Positions 38,559 to 46,915 of a stretch of 64,000 nucleotides of DNA are shown here, one piece after another. Position numbers and translations under genes: made by a program. This DNA comes from an uncultured Bacteroidota bacterium (GTDB lineage: Bacteria; Bacteroidota; Bacteroidia; Bacteroidales; FEN-979). Location of the stretch: NCBI GenBank assembly GCA_937862805.1, contig CALMDO010000062.1:26380-90379 (forward strand). The letters run 5' to 3'. Numbering within the stretch: position 1 is the stretch's first letter; every line of letters begins with the position of its first letter. The notes under the pieces are model-generated. The model did not search any database and had not been told where the DNA came from. It saw nothing but the letters and a program-made list of their open reading frames with translations.

Positions 38559-41243
38559 ATGAACATCCACAAACTCAATCCTGTCTTCAATCCTCAACGG
38601 ATTGCTTTGATCGGGGTATCGACCAATCCCAACAGTGTCAGCGGGAAAGTCCTGATCAATCTGGTCAGCGGGGGATTCCGGGGAGTGGTTTACCCGATCA
38701 ACCCGGAGTATGAAGCAGTGATGGGTATTCCCTGCATCCCCTCGGTCAGCAGTTGTCCTAAAGTTCCTGACCTGGCGATCATTTGCACTCCGGCCGAAAA
38801 AGTCCCGAAGGTGATCGAAGAATGCGGCGTTGCAGGTATCCGGGGAGTGATCATCCTTTCTGCCGGTTTCCGGGAAACCGGCGAAACCGGAAAACAACTC
38901 GAGGAAGAGGTGAAGCAGGTGATCAGGAAGTACGACGGAATGCGGGTGATCGGCCCGAACTGCCTGGGGATCATCGTTCCTGCTTTGAAACTGAATGCCA
39001 GTTTTGCGGCGGCAATGCCGGCACCCGGGCACATTGCTTTCATTTCGCAATCGGGCGCCTTGTGCACTTCGGTATTGGATTGGGCCCTTGAAGGAAAGAT
39101 CGGTTTTTCGCAATTTGTCTCTATCGGTAACAGCCTGGATGTGGAATTTGGCGACCTGATCGATTATTTTGGCGAAGACGAGAACACCCGTTGTATAATC
39201 CTGTACATTGAATCGATCGGGAATCCCCGTAAGTTCATGACGGCAGCCCGTGCCTTTGCCCGCAGGAAACCGATCATTGTTTACAAGGCAGGTCGCTTCC
39301 CGGAATCGGCCCAGGTTGCTGCATCTCACACCGGAGCCATGGCTTCGGAAGATGCGGTGTACGACGCGGCATTCAGAAGAGCCGGACTGGCAAGGGTTTA
39401 TGAAATAGGGGACATTTTCAGCGTTGCGGAGCTGATCGGACGAAACAGGTTTCCCGGTGGGCCAAGACTGGGGATCATCACCAATGCCGGAGGCCCCGGG
39501 GTGATGGCCACGGATGCCCTGATCGCTTCCGACGGTGTCCTGGCTTCCCTTTCACCGGAGACCCTGTCTCTTCTCAACGAAAACCTCCCTGAATACTGGT
39601 CACATGGCAACCCCGTTGATGTCCTGGGCGATGCACGGGCAAAACGGATCGGCAAAGCCACCCGGATCGTTCTCAATGATCCCGGAGTGGATGCCGTACT
39701 CGTCATCCTTACCCCCCAGGCCATGACCAACCCCTGCACTACAGCCAAAGAGATCAGCGCTCTGGTAACGGAGACCCACAAACCGCTTCTGGCGGCCTGG
39801 CTGGGCGGGCAAAGCATGCATGAAGCCGATGATATCCTGGTCGAAAACGGAATCCCTTCCTATAAGACTCCTGAACAAGCTATCCGGGCTTTTATGACGC
39901 TGGTTTCCTACCAACGGAACCTGGAGACCTTATATGAAACACCCAGGGATATCCCGTTGGAGTTTTCCGTGGACCGGAATAAACTGAGAAAAGATTTCCT
40001 CCGGGCAATCAAAGGGAAAGGAGCGGTATTGACCGAAACCTTGTCAAAATCGATCCTTGCTTCCTATGGCATTCCCATAACAACACCGTTTTTTGCTCCC
40101 TCCCGCGAGAAAGCTGTGACCATTGCCCATACCATCGGATACCCGGTGGTGATGAAGATCCAATCGCCCGATATCACTCATAAATCAGATGCCGGGGGCG
40201 TCATCCTCAACCTTACCGGCGACCAACAGGTTACAGACTCTTTTACAAAAATCACTGACGATGCCCGGAAATCATTTCCTCAAGCTGCTATTGAGGGAGT
40301 GACATTGCAAAAGATGTTCCATGCCAAAGAGAGCGTTGAGCTGATCCTTGGAATTAAAAAGGACAAAGTTTTCGGAACGGTTCTCATGGTCGGTACCGGA
40401 GGGACTACGGCAGAACTTTTCAGTGATAAAGCGCTTGGATTCCCCCCCCTGAACGAAAGGCTCGCACGCCACATGATCGAATCCCTGAAGATCTATCCGC
40501 TGTTAAAAGGTTATCGGGGAACCCGGAGTAAAGATGTGGAAGGACTGATCCGCGTGATGATCCGGTTGTCGTACCTTGCCGCCGATTTTCCGGAAATAGC
40601 TGAACTGGATATCAATCCGCTGCTCGTTACCCCTGATGAAGTCATTGCCCTCGACGCCCGCATTGTTCTCGATAATAACCTCCCGACAAAAGGTCTACCC
40701 GGCTACCACCATTTGGCGCTTCATCCCTATCCCGAAAAGTTTGTCCGGCAGACGACCCTGCACGACGGAACCCTGGTGACCCTTCGTCCCATCAAACCGG
40801 AAGATGAACCCCTGTGGCTCGAAATGTTAGGGTCTTGTTCACGAGAATCATTGTACAGCCGCTTCCGATATTTTTTTCATTGGGAGACTCACGAGGTAGC
40901 GGCCCGTTACTGTTACATCGACTATGATCGCGAAATCGCCATCGTGGCTGAAATCGTCGAAGAAAACAGAAAAAAACTAATCGGCGTCGGCCGGCTTATC
41001 GCTGATCCTGACCATGAAAGCGTGGAATACGCCGTACTGGTGGCCGATGCCTGGCAGCAAAAAGAACTGGGTAACATCCTGACCGATTTCTGCCTCGAAA
41101 CAGCCGCTTCATGGAGTCTGAAAAAGATCGTGGCGCAAACCACCACCGATAATACCCGGATGCTCTCCGTATTGCGTAAACGTGGTTTCGAGATTTCTGT
41201 CAATGATCAGGATTCCACCGTTGACGTTTCACGGACGATCTGA
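38559..41243 (+). CDS. Bifunctional ADP-forming acyl-CoA synthetase-like / GNAT acetyltransferase (Pat/Pka-like)
   Basis: 894 aa. CoA-binding N-terminus, SCS/ACD alpha-like region with AASHTGAMAS, ATP-grasp middle (GYPVVMKIQSPDITHKSDAGGV), C-terminal GNAT (AVLVADAWQQKELG). Confidence 0.85.
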   Translation: MNIHKLNPVFNPQRIALIGVSTNPNSVSGKVLINLVSGGFRGVVYPINPEYEAVMGIPCIPSVSSCPKVPDLAIICTPAEKVPKVIEECGVAGIRGVIILSAGFRETGETGKQLEEEVKQVIRKYDGMRVIGPNCLGIIVPALKLNASFAAAMPAPGHIAFISQSGALCTSVLDWALEGKIGFSQFVSIGNSLDVEFGDLIDYFGEDENTRCIILYIESIGNPRKFMTAARAFARRKPIIVYKAGRFPESAQVAASHTGAMASEDAVYDAAFRRAGLARVYEIGDIFSVAELIGRNRFPGGPRLGIITNAGGPGVMATDALIASDGVLASLSPETLSLLNENLPEYWSHGNPVDVLGDARAKRIGKATRIVLNDPGVDAVLVILTPQAMTNPCTTAKEISALVTETHKPLLAAWLGGQSMHEADDILVENGIPSYKTPEQAIRAFMTLVSYQRNLETLYETPRDIPLEFSVDRNKLRKDFLRAIKGKGAVLTETLSKSILASYGIPITTPFFAPSREKAVTIAHTIGYPVVMKIQSPDITHKSDAGGVILNLTGDQQVTDSFTKITDDARKSFPQAAIEGVTLQKMFHAKESVELILGIKKDKVFGTVLMVGTGGTTAELFSDKALGFPPLNERLARHMIESLKIYPLLKGYRGTRSKDVEGLIRVMIRLSYLAADFPEIAELDINPLLVTPDEVIALDARIVLDNNLPTKGLPGYHHLALHPYPEKFVRQTTLHDGTLVTLRPIKPEDEPLWLEMLGSCSRESLYSRFRYFFHWETHEVAARYCYIDYDREIAIVAEIVEENRKKLIGVGRLIADPDHESVEYAVLVADAWQQKELGNILTDFCLETAASWSLKKIVAQTTTDNTRMLSVLRKRGFEISVNDQDSTVDVSRTI

Positions 41244-41260
41244 CAACCTTTAAACCAAAA

Positions 41261-42208
41261 TCAGGAGAGCTTTTTCCCGATTTCGCGAAGCATCACTTCC
41301 GTCATGGCGGGCAAGTCGTAGCAATAATTCAATCCCCAGTCTTTTTTAGCCACTTCATCGTTGATCCGGGCCGGCCATGAGTCGGCAATGGCCTGCCGAA
41401 AGTCGGGTTTATAGGTGATTTCAAAATCAGGAATGTGTTTTTTAATCTCCGCGGCAATTTCTTTGGGTGTGAAGCTGATGCCGGCAATGTTATAGCTGGA
41501 ACGCAGTGAAAGGCGCGAGGAATCGGCTTCCATCACGTCGATGGTTGCTTTGATGGCGTCGGGCATAAACATCATCGGAAGCGCGGAGTCGGGGCCCAGG
41601 AAACATTCATATTTTTTCTGACGGATGGCCTCATAAAAGATCTCTACTGCATAATCGGTTGTACCTCCGCCCGCTTCCGTCTTGTAACTGATCAAACCCG
41701 GGTACCTGACACTGCGGGTATCTACCCCGTATTTGTTGAAATAGTACTCAATCCATCGTTCTCCGGCCAATTTACTGATACCGTAAACCGTATTGGGTTC
41801 CATAATGGTATATTGCGGGGTATCGAAACGGGGAGTGGTGGGCCCGAAAACAGCTATGGAACTGGGCCAGAAGATTTTTTTCAGTTTCAGTTCACGGGCC
41901 AGTTCCAACACATTCATCAGGCTTCGCATGTTGATATCCCAGGAGGGGAGGGGACGCTTTTCAGCATTCCCTGAAAGAATAGCGGCCAGATGGTAGACCT
42001 GCGTTATTTTTTCATGTTCAAGGATCAGTTGGAGTTTGGAAGCATCCAGTACGTCTAAAATCTCAAAAGGGCCGCTACCGCTGATCTCAGCGGGAGCAGG
42101 ACGAATGTCGGTCGCAATAACGTTCGAGTTGCCGTAGCCTTTGCGTAGTTCGAGTGTGAGTTCCGATCCGATTTGACCGGAACAACCAATGACCAATATT
42201 TTTTCCAT
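41261..42208 (-). CDS. tdh: L-threonine 3-dehydrogenase, SDR/epimerase type
   Basis: 315 aa. KILVIGCSGQIGSEL Rossmann loop, YGISK catalytic Tyr-x3-Lys, GGGTTDYAVEIFY. Strongly resembles my recollection of the short-chain LTDH family (Flavobacterium, Cupriavidus, mammalian type). Confidence 0.8.
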   Translation of the reverse strand: MEKILVIGCSGQIGSELTLELRKGYGNSNVIATDIRPAPAEISGSGPFEILDVLDASKLQLILEHEKITQVYHLAAILSGNAEKRPLPSWDINMRSLMNVLELARELKLKKIFWPSSIAVFGPTTPRFDTPQYTIMEPNTVYGISKLAGERWIEYYFNKYGVDTRSVRYPGLISYKTEAGGGTTDYAVEIFYEAIRQKKYECFLGPDSALPMMFMPDAIKATIDVMEADSSRLSLRSSYNIAGISFTPKEIAAEIKKHIPDFEITYKPDFRQAIADSWPARINDEVAKKDWGLNYCYDLPAMTEVMLREIGKKLS

Positions 42209-42334
42209 TCTTTTGTTGTTAAAAATTTCACGTAAAAGTAGTAAGAATCAACGAAGTTGTTTCCCGGAGCAAATGATTATCTTTATACTTTAAATTTCTG
42301 ATTGATTTTCAACAACATTTTAATTCAAAAAAAG

Positions 42335-44212
42335 ATGAAAAGAACAATTACCATCGGTGTTTTCGTCATGATGGCGTTTTTGGCTTCCGGGCAATCGTAC
42401 CTCTATGAGGATTTCAGCGCCGGGCAAATGCCTCCCCAAGGCTGGACGATCCTGAATCTGACCAACAAATGGTCGTGCTCCAACACAAACAATGCCGGAG
42501 GAACCGCTCCGGAAGGGAAATTTTCTTATACCAACGGGACCTACACAACTTATCTGATCTCCCCGGTAGTCAATCTGAGCAGCCTGACCACGGTAACATT
42601 GATGTTCAATTACATGTACGATTATTATACGGATCCTGCACCCAAAATTGGCGTAGCCACCCGCAAGGGAGCAACCGGGATGTGGAATACCGTTTGGGAA
42701 AAGACCCCACACGGGAATATTAATGCGAACACCCAGGTGGTTGTGATTACCAATAGTGACATCAGCGCCAACTTCCAGTTTGCTTTTTTTCTGGAGGGAA
42801 ACATGTATAACCTTGATTATGTGTACTTTGACAACATTAATTTACTGACGCCTCCCCCGTTGGATGCCGCCTTGGTCTCCATTGAAATTCCTGAATATGC
42901 AGGCATCAATCAACCGGTAACCCTTAATGGGACCATAAGTAATATGGGATCCACACCGGTTAATTCGTTCGAGGCCGTATATCAGCTCGACGATGAAGCC
43001 CCGGTCTCCTGTCCGTTTTCAGGATTGAATCTTCCCATTGGGAATACTTATACGTTTGCGCACACCACGCCCTTTGTTTTGGAAAATCCGGGATATCACG
43101 ACCTGACAGTCTATATCCGAAATGTTAATGGCACCGGGGATGAAAATCCAGAAAATGACACACTTACTGATAGAATTGGAGGCTTGCTGTGGGTTCCTGA
43201 TAAAAAAGAGTTTTGTGAGGAGGCAACGGGCACCTGGTGTGGTTGGTGCGTACGGGGCATCTGTTTCATGAATTACATGGCCGAGACCTATCCTGAAACC
43301 TGGATCGGGGTGGCCGTGCACAACGGAGATCCCATGGTAGTAGCCGATTGGGATGATGAAATCCCCAATATCATACCCGATTTTCCCGGTTATCCCAGCG
43401 GTACCATTAATCGGTTAAAGATGTGGGATCCCCAGGATTTTGAGGCAGGATACCTCGAGGAACACGCGAAACGCTCTCCTGCGAGCATCGAGGTGATCAA
43501 TTTTTCATGGGATCCCTCCACGAGGCAAATCTCTTTTGATGTCCAAAGCCAATTCCTGATCGACATTGACCATGAGTTGCGTTTTGGAGCAGTGATCATC
43601 GAAGACAGCCTTTGGGGTACCGCATCGGGATGGGCCCAGGCCAATTATTATGCGGGCGGTTCCAACGGGCCCATGTGCGGTTTCGAGAGCATGCCGTCCA
43701 CCATCCCTGCCGCGCAGATGCACTATGATCATGTCGGAAGGGCCATCCTCGACGGTCCTTACGGTACTGAAGCCAGTATCACTTTGCCGATCATAGCGGG
43801 TACCTCCCAATCCCATTCCTATTCCTATACCATCCCCGAGGGTTGGAATTATGAAAAACTTCATTTCATTGGTTTGTTGATGGATCATAGCCAGGGGGTT
43901 ATTTTAAACGCCAATGACCAGGTGATTTGGGTGGGTACAGGACAGGAGGCACAAACTTTTCCGGTGAGAATTTTCCCCAATCCTGTTACCGACAACGCTT
44001 CCTTAAAATTCACCCTTGACCGGCCGGGGAGTGTTCAACTCCGGGTGTATGATCTTACCGGTCATTGCATTCAAGCTAAAGAATCGGGAACCTTCCCTGT
44101 GGGCGAACAACAGGTTGTTTTGCAAACGGAACAACTTTCGCAGGGGATTTATTTTCTGGAAGTTGCCGTTAATGGCATGAAAAATGTCCAGAAACTGGTC
44201 GTTGTCAGGTAA
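42335..44212 (+). CDS. Secreted protein with choice-of-anchor-J-like N-terminus, thioredoxin-like CxxC region and T9SS sorting domain
   Basis: Signal peptide. MPPQGWTILN motif. CEEATGTWCGWCVRG (Omp28-related/thioredoxin-like). C-terminal IFPNPVTDNASLKF...KLVVVR CTD. Start at the ATG at 42335. Confidence 0.7.
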   Translation: MKRTITIGVFVMMAFLASGQSYLYEDFSAGQMPPQGWTILNLTNKWSCSNTNNAGGTAPEGKFSYTNGTYTTYLISPVVNLSSLTTVTLMFNYMYDYYTDPAPKIGVATRKGATGMWNTVWEKTPHGNINANTQVVVITNSDISANFQFAFFLEGNMYNLDYVYFDNINLLTPPPLDAALVSIEIPEYAGINQPVTLNGTISNMGSTPVNSFEAVYQLDDEAPVSCPFSGLNLPIGNTYTFAHTTPFVLENPGYHDLTVYIRNVNGTGDENPENDTLTDRIGGLLWVPDKKEFCEEATGTWCGWCVRGICFMNYMAETYPETWIGVAVHNGDPMVVADWDDEIPNIIPDFPGYPSGTINRLKMWDPQDFEAGYLEEHAKRSPASIEVINFSWDPSTRQISFDVQSQFLIDIDHELRFGAVIIEDSLWGTASGWAQANYYAGGSNGPMCGFESMPSTIPAAQMHYDHVGRAILDGPYGTEASITLPIIAGTSQSHSYSYTIPEGWNYEKLHFIGLLMDHSQGVILNANDQVIWVGTGQEAQTFPVRIFPNPVTDNASLKFTLDRPGSVQLRVYDLTGHCIQAKESGTFPVGEQQVVLQTEQLSQGIYFLEVAVNGMKNVQKLVVVR

Positions 44213-44243
44213 GCACTGAAAAAGATTCCGTTACTTTGCAACC

Positions 44244-45086
44244 ATGTCTCTATTTGTAGCATCCCTCAATTCAGGGAGTAACGGGAATTGTTATTACATT
44301 GGTAATGAAAAAGATGCGGTGCTTGTGGATGCCGGTATCTCCTGTCGTGAAACGGAAAGACGGATGATCCGGTTGGGTTTGCCGCTTAAGAGGGTGAGGG
44401 CAATATTTATCTCCCACGAACATACTGATCATACCCGCGGAGCGGAAGTTCTTTCGCGGAAATACCGGATTCCGGTTTACATTACCGAATCCACCTACCT
44501 CCATGGCCGGATGAAGTTGGAGCCCCAATTGCGTCGTGCCTTTAAAGCCGGGATTCCTGTGGAAAACGGTTCACTGAAGGTGCTGGCTTTTCCAAAAAGT
44601 CACGATGCTTCTGAGCCGCATAGTTTTATCATCAGCAGCTATGGTTTGACAGCGGGGGTATTTACTGACATCGGCAATGCCTGTGACCAGGTGAAGCTGC
44701 ACCTTGGGCTGTGTCATGCTGCTTTCCTGGAATCGAATTATGATGAAGGAATGTTGAATCGCGGACCCTATCCCCTATACCTGAAAAGGAGGATCCGCGG
44801 AGAAAAGGGGCATTTGTCGAATGATCAGGCTCTTGAATTATTTAACAATTACCGTGCATCCTGGATGCAGTTGCTGATCCTTGCCCATCTCTCGGCTGAG
44901 AACAACGATCCCCGGCTGGTTAGTGATTTGTTTCGGCGCAATGCATGCGGGGTACAGATAGAGGTAGCCTCAAGGCATGAAGAGACGGCGGTTTTCCGGG
45001 TCGATGGTAAAAATGAAATCCATACCGGAGAGGAGGAAAAGGAGCCGATCCTTTTTCATCCGGAGTTTTTCCGCCAGGCATTCTGA
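44244..45086 (+). CDS. MBL-fold metallo-hydrolase
   Basis: HEHTDH metal-binding motif. 280 aa. Confidence 0.8.
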   Translation: MSLFVASLNSGSNGNCYYIGNEKDAVLVDAGISCRETERRMIRLGLPLKRVRAIFISHEHTDHTRGAEVLSRKYRIPVYITESTYLHGRMKLEPQLRRAFKAGIPVENGSLKVLAFPKSHDASEPHSFIISSYGLTAGVFTDIGNACDQVKLHLGLCHAAFLESNYDEGMLNRGPYPLYLKRRIRGEKGHLSNDQALELFNNYRASWMQLLILAHLSAENNDPRLVSDLFRRNACGVQIEVASRHEETAVFRVDGKNEIHTGEEEKEPILFHPEFFRQAF

Positions 45087-45961
45087 AGAACCCGGGCCAG
45101 GTCATTCCGGAGGCGCTTTGGCGCGATCACCTCCAATGTTTCCCCGTACGAGAGAAGTTCCATCATCAGATCATAGGTTATATAAAGCCAAAGTTTGATT
45201 CGCAACTCTATGGCGTTGTCGGTGAGGATGGTCTGGCTTTCGTGAAGAGGAAAGGTCTTGATGTATTTCCCCTGTTCCGGAACAAAGGAGAGAATGATTT
45301 CCTCCGGTTGGGAATCAGTCGGGTTGAAGATGCCGAAGCAATTGCTGAAAAGGATATCGGGGTTAAAATCTTCCGGAAGTGCGAAATGTTTTTCAGTGAT
45401 GATAAAATTGATGATCCGGTCAAGCCCGAAAGTTTTGATTGTCTTTTTATTCACTTCATTTCCGATAAGGTACCACCGGCCTTTGAATTCTTTCAGGAAA
45501 AAGGGTTCAACAATATAGAGCAGGGGTTCATCTCGGTAGAAAGCCTGGTGGGTCAACCGGATGATCTGCTGATTCCGGATGGCATGCAGCAGGCCATAGA
45601 AATGCCGCGTTCCCAGGGAATGCCTTTGTTCAAACCGGATATGACGATTGACCTCGTTGACCACCTTCAGGGAGGTGATCATGTCGAACGACTCCAGGAT
45701 CCTGTCGCGGATGTCATTGCTGTCGGTTGCATCAATATAGTAACCCCCGTTATTGCTGTCGTAGAGAATATCGATGCCATAGATGGAGCGGATTTCATTA
45801 ATGTCGCGCTGGAAAGTACGTTGTGAAACCGAGAGATTAAAAGAGTGGATTTCCGACTGATCCTCCAGGTAGGTTTTCATCTCTGAAAAAGGGACAGGAT
45901 TCCCAAAACGAAGTTTCTGAATGATCTTCAGGTGACGCAGGATGTATTCACGTTTGGCCAT
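45056..45961 (-). CDS. HTH + WYL domain transcriptional regulator
   Basis: N-terminal HTH (YILRHLKIIQKL...SQRTFQRDINEI), central FKGRWYLIG WYL motif, C-terminal WCX-like region. Start at the ATG at 45961. Confidence 0.8.
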   Translation of the reverse strand: MAKREYILRHLKIIQKLRFGNPVPFSEMKTYLEDQSEIHSFNLSVSQRTFQRDINEIRSIYGIDILYDSNNGGYYIDATDSNDIRDRILESFDMITSLKVVNEVNRHIRFEQRHSLGTRHFYGLLHAIRNQQIIRLTHQAFYRDEPLLYIVEPFFLKEFKGRWYLIGNEVNKKTIKTFGLDRIINFIITEKHFALPEDFNPDILFSNCFGIFNPTDSQPEEIILSFVPEQGKYIKTFPLHESQTILTDNAIELRIKLWLYITYDLMMELLSYGETLEVIAPKRLRNDLARVLQNAWRKNSG

Positions 45962-45992
45962 ACCGGTAGAGCATTTTACAAAACTAACGCTT

Positions 45993-46280
45993 TCAGGCGA
46001 CACTTTTCAACAGCGGATTGACAATCCTGCAAAATTCTTCCTCGGGCTCCGACACTTTTCCCTTTTTCCAGATCATTTCAAATTCATCGTAATACCATTC
46101 TTCTTCATCGGTTTGCCAATAGAGTTCATTCCAACTAAGGGTACGGGCTGAACGGGTATCGTAAATATCAAAGTAGCGACCGCTTTTCCGACCGAATTCC
46201 AGGGCATCCCTTAAATCGTAAAAGGTTTTATGGTCATGAAGGGCATCCCCTGAAAGGTTAAAAAATGAAAGTTGATACAT
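45993..46280 (-). CDS. Hypothetical 95-aa acidic/aromatic protein
   Basis: ORF preceded by AGGAG 8 nt upstream. Trp/Tyr/Glu-rich (WNELYWQTDEEEWYYDEFEMIW). No family recognised. Sits between the UVR-motif gene and the WYL gene. Confidence 0.5.
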   Translation of the reverse strand: MYQLSFFNLSGDALHDHKTFYDLRDALEFGRKSGRYFDIYDTRSARTLSWNELYWQTDEEEWYYDEFEMIWKKGKVSEPEEEFCRIVNPLLKSVA

Positions 46281-46288
46281 GGCTTAAA

Positions 46289-46293
46289 CTCCT
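46289..46293 (-). promoter_or_regulatory. Shine-Dalgarno-like AGGAG upstream of the 95-aa ORF
   Basis: Reverse complement of ctcct, 8 nt before the ATG at 46280. Confidence 0.35.
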
Positions 46294-46298
46294 GTTTG

Positions 46299-46787
46299 TT
46301 AAAGATTATCAGATTCTACACGGTTTTTTGCTTCGGGTGAAAGGATGAAAAGATCTCCCAACTTTCCCAAACTTCCGGATATGCCGTCATAAAAAGAAAA
46401 AACCAGCTCCTGCTTGCCGGTGTCGAGCCAGCGAAAATACTCTTGAGGGTATTGGTTCATAAAATCTGTTCTGACAAGCGATTCGAGATGACGCTCCAAA
46501 TCCCGCAAATCAGCAGCTGTTTCAAACTCCCGTGCCCTGATCGCTTCTTTTTTCAGGCGGCGGACAGAGATCATTTTCTGCAGGTTCTCTTTGCCCATAC
46601 GCGAGAGCATCCCGGTTTCAGGGGAACCTGGTTCAAAAGAGGGAAAAACAATGGAGAACCCTTTGTTCTTCAAATGTCCAAATAGCCCGCGGATTCGGCC
46701 GGCGATCTCCCCCGGTGCATTTTCATGCAGGTATTGACCGCATAATGTGTTCATCTCCTTAATCATAATTTTTATTGATGAAGTCAT
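46299..46787 (-). CDS. Hypothetical protein with UVR (UvrB/UvrC)-like motif
   Basis: 162 aa. LKKEAIRAREFETAADLRDLERHLESL resembles the UVR domain helix hairpin. The rest is unrecognised. Confidence 0.55.
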   Translation of the reverse strand: MTSSIKIMIKEMNTLCGQYLHENAPGEIAGRIRGLFGHLKNKGFSIVFPSFEPGSPETGMLSRMGKENLQKMISVRRLKKEAIRAREFETAADLRDLERHLESLVRTDFMNQYPQEYFRWLDTGKQELVFSFYDGISGSLGKLGDLFILSPEAKNRVESDNL

Positions 46788-46857
46788 GGTTCCTTTTTCT
46801 CACGATTCAAAAATAGAACCGACTGGCGACAAACCGTGACGTCGTAGAAAAAATTTG

Positions 46858-46896
46858 AAAAAAAAGACTGTCCGATCCGTCAGACAGTCCCTTTTT
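46858..46896 (-). terminator. Rho-independent terminator after the Ntn-hydrolase gene
   Basis: 7-bp stem gactgtc/gacagtc (46866-46872 / 46883-46889) with a 10-nt loop, followed on the minus strand by a U8 run (A8 at 46858-46865). Lies 20 nt after the stop at 46916. Confidence 0.6.
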
Positions 46897-46915
46897 CCTA
46901 AGAAAATGTATGTTA

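Noticed and set aside
41261-42208. Reading the epimerase-family gene and the GNAT fusion as CerR-like reductase and bCerS-like N-acyltransferase, completing a Caulobacter-style five-gene ceramide set
   Set aside because: The 315-aa protein matches the SDR-type L-threonine dehydrogenase family along its whole length by my recollection (GGGTTDYAVEIFY, FTPKEIAAEIKKHIP and others). The GNAT is embedded in a standard Pat-like architecture. The analogy is tempting but not supported without phylogeny.
45056-45086. Convergent 3' overlaps (MBL hydrolase/WYL by 31 nt; cvpA/GT9 at 6250-6269 by 20 nt)
   Set aside because: Short convergent overlaps are common in compact genomes. There is no independent evidence of antisense regulation.
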